This document shows positions 47,260 through 50,243 of a stretch of DNA of 50,243 nt, in pieces. The stretch comes from an uncultured Solibacteraceae bacterium (GTDB lineage: Bacteria > Acidobacteriota > Terriglobia > Bryobacterales > Bryobacteraceae): NCBI GenBank assembly GCA_964395885.1, contig CAYNDS010000004.1:1-50243 (forward strand), given 5' to 3'. Within the stretch, counting starts at the first letter, position 1, and each line of letters opens with the position of its first letter. The notes under the pieces were generated by a model. It saw nothing but the letters and a program-made list of their open reading frames with translations. It searched no databases and had not been told where the DNA came from. Both the position numbers and the translations under genes were made by a program.

Positions 47260-49840
47260 GACCCCTCCTGCTTGTCAAGGGACGGCTCCCCTCGCCTTCG
47301 AGGATGAAGCCTGCCCAGTAGTACGGCTCCAGCTTTGGCCCGAACTTCCGCATCAACTCCCGCTTTGCCAAGGCGAGCGCCTCCGATGGCGGCCGTCCCG
47401 CGCCGAGGTTTCGGTAGAACGAACGCATCAGGGCCAACGTGAACGTATCGTCGACCGGCCACAGCGTCGACACCACCGCCTGCGCACCGGCGAGCAGGAA
47501 CGCTCGGGAGAGGTTCGCAATTCCCTCTTGGCCCTGCAACCGGCCGACTCCGGTGTCACATGCCGACAGGACTACCAGGCGAGCAGTCGTTCGCCACTGG
47601 CCGATCTCGGCTACGTCCAGGATGCCGTCGTTGCCGTTTTTCGGATCGGGTTGGAGCAGAACAGCGGCGCGGTCCGGCGAGACCTCGTCAGCGTGGCCAT
47701 GGGCGGCAATGTGAATGATCGAGAAATCTCTGGCGAGCGCTTCTTGCAGCACTCGTTCGGTTGCTTCAGCGCCCACAATGGCTCGGCTTCGTTGCGGACG
47801 ATAGAACTGCGCAGCCGCTACGGCCTCATCCCGCGACGCCGGTATGTTGCCCCAGCCCTCCACAGTCATCCCGCGCGCGCTGGCCAGCTTCGCCGTGTTC
47901 GCACTGTAAGGAACGCCGCCGAGAGCAAACACGCCGCCAATGACCGGCAGCCGCTTCTCGGATCGCAGCAAGTGCAAGATGCTGGCCGACGGGATGAACG
48001 AGACATCGCGAGTTTCCGCCAGCAGCCGTCCACGACTGTCTTGGAGGGTGTCGAACGGAAGGCTGTGCAGCACGCCATCCCGCGCAATCACGACGTGTCG
48101 GTAAGTGGGGGCAGAGGCCTCTGCGGGCAAGAGTATCTTCGATAGCCGCCGAGTACTCGTCGAACGCTTTGCCCTAATGCCCGAGCGGAGTTGCTCGATC
48201 TGCTCCGCGATTTCGGCGGCCTCGTCGACTCGGTCCAGGCGGACCGCCGCTCGAGTGATCGTGAACCGGTACAGGTCCCTTGCCGAAACGACGAAGGCTA
48301 ACAGCAATTCCTCAGGTTCCAAGGTTTGTTGAACGTCCGCTAACGCGACCGGTGTCGAAGCGATTCGGCTACGCGCATCCGGTGGGGCGATCCAGCGTCG
48401 CTGATCTTCGTAGAAGATCGCGTCCTGGATCGAGTGGCGCTCCGCCCGTGTTCTGGCCGTGACAAGCGCGAGGCGTAATCTGCTGACGCGCCGGTCGATG
48501 CTCGGATCGGAGTCCTGCTGCTTCGCGCCTGCCGCGAGCAAGTCGCGCATGGCTCGCGCTCGGATCTGCTCCATCACGGAGAAGGCGCGGCCCGAATCCC
48601 GTAGTTGACCGGCAAGCAAGGCGAAGTGCTCAGTATGCAACTCGCCGAATTGGCTGACCAGCGAAGTGCGCACCGCGAAGTTGGGGTTGCTGTCGATCAA
48701 GCCGGAGATGATCGCTTCACCACGGTCGTAGGTGGCATCGGCGGCTTGCCAATCTCGGCGCGCTGATTGCAACTGGGCCAGGGTGAGCAAGCGACGGGGC
48801 ACGAGGTAGACCTCCGAAGCGTCCGAGACACTGTCCAGCCCTTGTGAGATTTGCGCCTCTGCTTCGTCCAGCCGGTTACTTTTGCGATACAGGTCCGCAA
48901 GGTCAAAGCGGGCGGCCAGGGCAAGTCGAGGGAAGCCGCCTTCCTGCGCGATGTTCACGGCGAGTCGCAGTCGCTCCTCCCCTTGATCCACCCGGCCCGT
49001 CGCGGCACTCACGTCCGCCAAGGTGATCAGCGTCTGAGCCTCCTTAATCTTTCTCTTGAGCCGACGGGCCTGCGAGAGGATGTCAGCTCCGATCGCTTCC
49101 GCGGCGTCGAACTGGCGAGTCTTGCGGAAGGCCGCCAACCGAGCGGTCGGCAAAGGAAAGTAGTAGCCCATTTCCGGTGCAGCCGCGATCGCTTTTTCCG
49201 CCTTGGCAAGGTACGGGAAAGCCTGCTCGGGCATTTTCCCCAACGCGAGCGAATTGGCAATCGCCGAGAGGAATCGCACGAGTGCAGGAACGTCGCGGGA
49301 GCGTTCCGCCGTCACCAACGCCCCGGCGACGAGTTGACGGGCAGTGACAACATCGCCGAGGACGAACGAGGCTAGGCCGATTTCGCCCGAAGCTCGACTC
49401 GCTAAGCGATGATCGCCGGCGTCTGTAGCCAGTTTGCGCACTTCTTCCCAATCGCGCTTCATCGTGGCGGCATCGATTTCGCCGTGTACGTCGCCTCTGG
49501 CCGCTAGGCAGAAAACGCGTGCCGTCACAGCTTCCGAAGGTAGACCGTCGAGGACCGCGGTGAGCTGGTCGACAACATCGGATAGCTGTCGCCGCTCCAT
49601 GGTGGCGCGCAGCAGCCCGCACTTTGCGGTTGCAACGTCACCGGGCTTCGCCTCCGATGGCGACGCTTTCAGGGCTGACTGGAAGCCTACCTCTGCATCA
49701 GCCCAGTTGTAGGCCGCTGCCGACGTTATCGCCTGATCCAACGAGCTGCAATCGCCCGCCGAGAGCATCGCCATCGACGCCAGCGCCATCCCGATTAGCC
49801 GTCCGCAATCCCTTGCCGCTGGGGAGGTTTTCGTGGACAT
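47243..49840 (-). CDS. TPR-repeat + CHAT (caspase-like Cys protease) domain protein
   Basis: The C-terminal CHAT domain has the His/Cys dyad IIHIAAHGH (His codon 47699-47701) and VVLSACDTG (Cys codon 47558-47560). About 500 aa of TPR-like repeats lie upstream. I chose ATG 49838-49840, which gives a signal-like N-terminus (MSTKTSPAARDCGRLIGMALASMAMLSAG); ATG 49789 is an alternative. ORF codons above 49840 are the antisense shadow of the repB-like gene. Confidence 0.8.
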   Translation of the reverse strand: MSTKTSPAARDCGRLIGMALASMAMLSAGDCSSLDQAITSAAAYNWADAEVGFQSALKASPSEAKPGDVATAKCGLLRATMERRQLSDVVDQLTAVLDGLPSEAVTARVFCLAARGDVHGEIDAATMKRDWEEVRKLATDAGDHRLASRASGEIGLASFVLGDVVTARQLVAGALVTAERSRDVPALVRFLSAIANSLALGKMPEQAFPYLAKAEKAIAAAPEMGYYFPLPTARLAAFRKTRQFDAAEAIGADILSQARRLKRKIKEAQTLITLADVSAATGRVDQGEERLRLAVNIAQEGGFPRLALAARFDLADLYRKSNRLDEAEAQISQGLDSVSDASEVYLVPRRLLTLAQLQSARRDWQAADATYDRGEAIISGLIDSNPNFAVRTSLVSQFGELHTEHFALLAGQLRDSGRAFSVMEQIRARAMRDLLAAGAKQQDSDPSIDRRVSRLRLALVTARTRAERHSIQDAIFYEDQRRWIAPPDARSRIASTPVALADVQQTLEPEELLLAFVVSARDLYRFTITRAAVRLDRVDEAAEIAEQIEQLRSGIRAKRSTSTRRLSKILLPAEASAPTYRHVVIARDGVLHSLPFDTLQDSRGRLLAETRDVSFIPSASILHLLRSEKRLPVIGGVFALGGVPYSANTAKLASARGMTVEGWGNIPASRDEAVAAAQFYRPQRSRAIVGAEATERVLQEALARDFSIIHIAAHGHADEVSPDRAAVLLQPDPKNGNDGILDVAEIGQWRTTARLVVLSACDTGVGRLQGQEGIANLSRAFLLAGAQAVVSTLWPVDDTFTLALMRSFYRNLGAGRPPSEALALAKRELMRKFGPKLEPYYWAGFILEGEGSRPLTSRRGHEPKQ

Positions 49841-50243
49841 GGCACAGGCGGGATTGCGAAGGACGATATCGGCTGTCGAGCGGCAGATTGGAGCAATGGG
49901 CTGCGCTTCATACGAAGTCGGCCTACTGTCGTCGCGGGAGAACCAAGCAGCAGCGATGTTGCTCCGTACCTGGACTGCCGAAGAGGTCCTACGAGCGGTG
50001 CCCTGGATGCGCCACCAAAACGCGGCTGGACGCCATGTGTACATACGGCCCGCTGGTGAGCACGCATTGACCTTGGTCGACGATTTGAGTGTGCCGGCCT
50101 TGACTGCGTGCACGAAGTCGGGCGTCGACTTCGCGGCGATTATCGAGACGTCCAAGGACAACTTCCAGGCCTGGCTCAAGCACGACCGAACGCTCTCGAA
50201 GGACCTCAGCAGTGCAGTTGCCAAGGTGGTGGCGCGAGAACTC
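49839..50243 (+). CDS. RepB-primase-domain protein (ICE/plasmid replication-mobilisation type), 5' part only; open at the window end
   Basis: The frame is open from ATG 49839 (or GTG 49833) to the edge and is preceded by GGGGAGG. It translates to MAQAGLRRTISAVERQIGAMGCASYEVGLL…WTAEEVLRAVPWMRHQNAAGRHVYIRPAGEHALTLVDDLSVPAL…AAIIETSKDNFQAWLKH. This is the hallmark pattern of RepB'-type primase domains. Confidence 0.7.
   Translation, partial: MAQAGLRRTISAVERQIGAMGCASYEVGLLSSRENQAAAMLLRTWTAEEVLRAVPWMRHQNAAGRHVYIRPAGEHALTLVDDLSVPALTACTKSGVDFAAIIETSKDNFQAWLKHDRTLSKDLSSAVAKVVAREL

Larger units (their letters stand above)
27239..50243. mobile_element. Integrative conjugative element (P-type Trb T4SS) inserted beside tRNA-Pro; the right end lies beyond the window
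   Basis: GC content and codon usage change abruptly right after the tRNA. The region carries an integrase remnant, an intact integrase and excisionase, a full trbBCDEJ-L-FGI set, cargo genes, and a RepB-primase-like gene at the edge. Confidence 0.8.

Noticed and set aside
49841-50224. N-terminal 128 codons of the listed 993-aa CHAT ORF
   Set aside because: The opposite strand here encodes an unmistakable RepB-primase-like N-terminus. The minus-strand translation (MATALLRSFESVRSCLSQAW…) has no TPR character.

Overview
The window is high-GC bacterial chromosome and splits into two parts.

(1) Positions 1-27,238 are ordinary core genome. They hold a partial tRNA-Tyr, a metallophosphoesterase, a lipid kinase, a D-aminoacylase, a LarA-like protein, an Xre/RES toxin-antitoxin pair, a LuxR-type response regulator, a radical SAM enzyme, a serine hydrolase, a LamG protein, an ABC exporter, an overlapping MFS-queC-queE operon, an oxidoreductase, a hybrid histidine kinase, hydrolases, an AAA+ ATPase, ilvB with a candidate Val-rich leader, an FMN-dependent alpha-hydroxy-acid oxidase and tRNA-Pro(CGG). 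Because of the GC content this part is full of long antisense shadow ORFs, which I rejected.

(2) Positions 27,239 to the window end are visibly lower in GC and look like an integrative conjugative element (ICE) inserted next to tRNA-Pro. Reading left to right it contains:
- an integrase 3' remnant and an orphan lipoprotein
- an intact tyrosine integrase and an excisionase
- a complete P-type trbB-C-D-E-J-(K-like)-L-F-G-I mating-pair operon
- a cargo block
- the start of a RepB-primase-like gene, cut by the window edge

The cargo block is the most interesting part. It holds:
- a divergent ECF-like sigma factor with a zinc-finger (HxxxCxxC) anti-sigma factor
- a 1345-aa protein whose N-terminus is a HigA/Xre-type HTH and whose remaining ~1250 aa show no motif I can recognise
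- convergent to that protein, an overlapping two-protease operon: a TPR-CHAT caspase-like protease followed by a PDZ-containing S41 peptidase with no signal peptide

I propose this cargo block as a candidate undescribed conflict or defence system. All calls come from reading the ORF translations and the DNA by eye; no searches were run.
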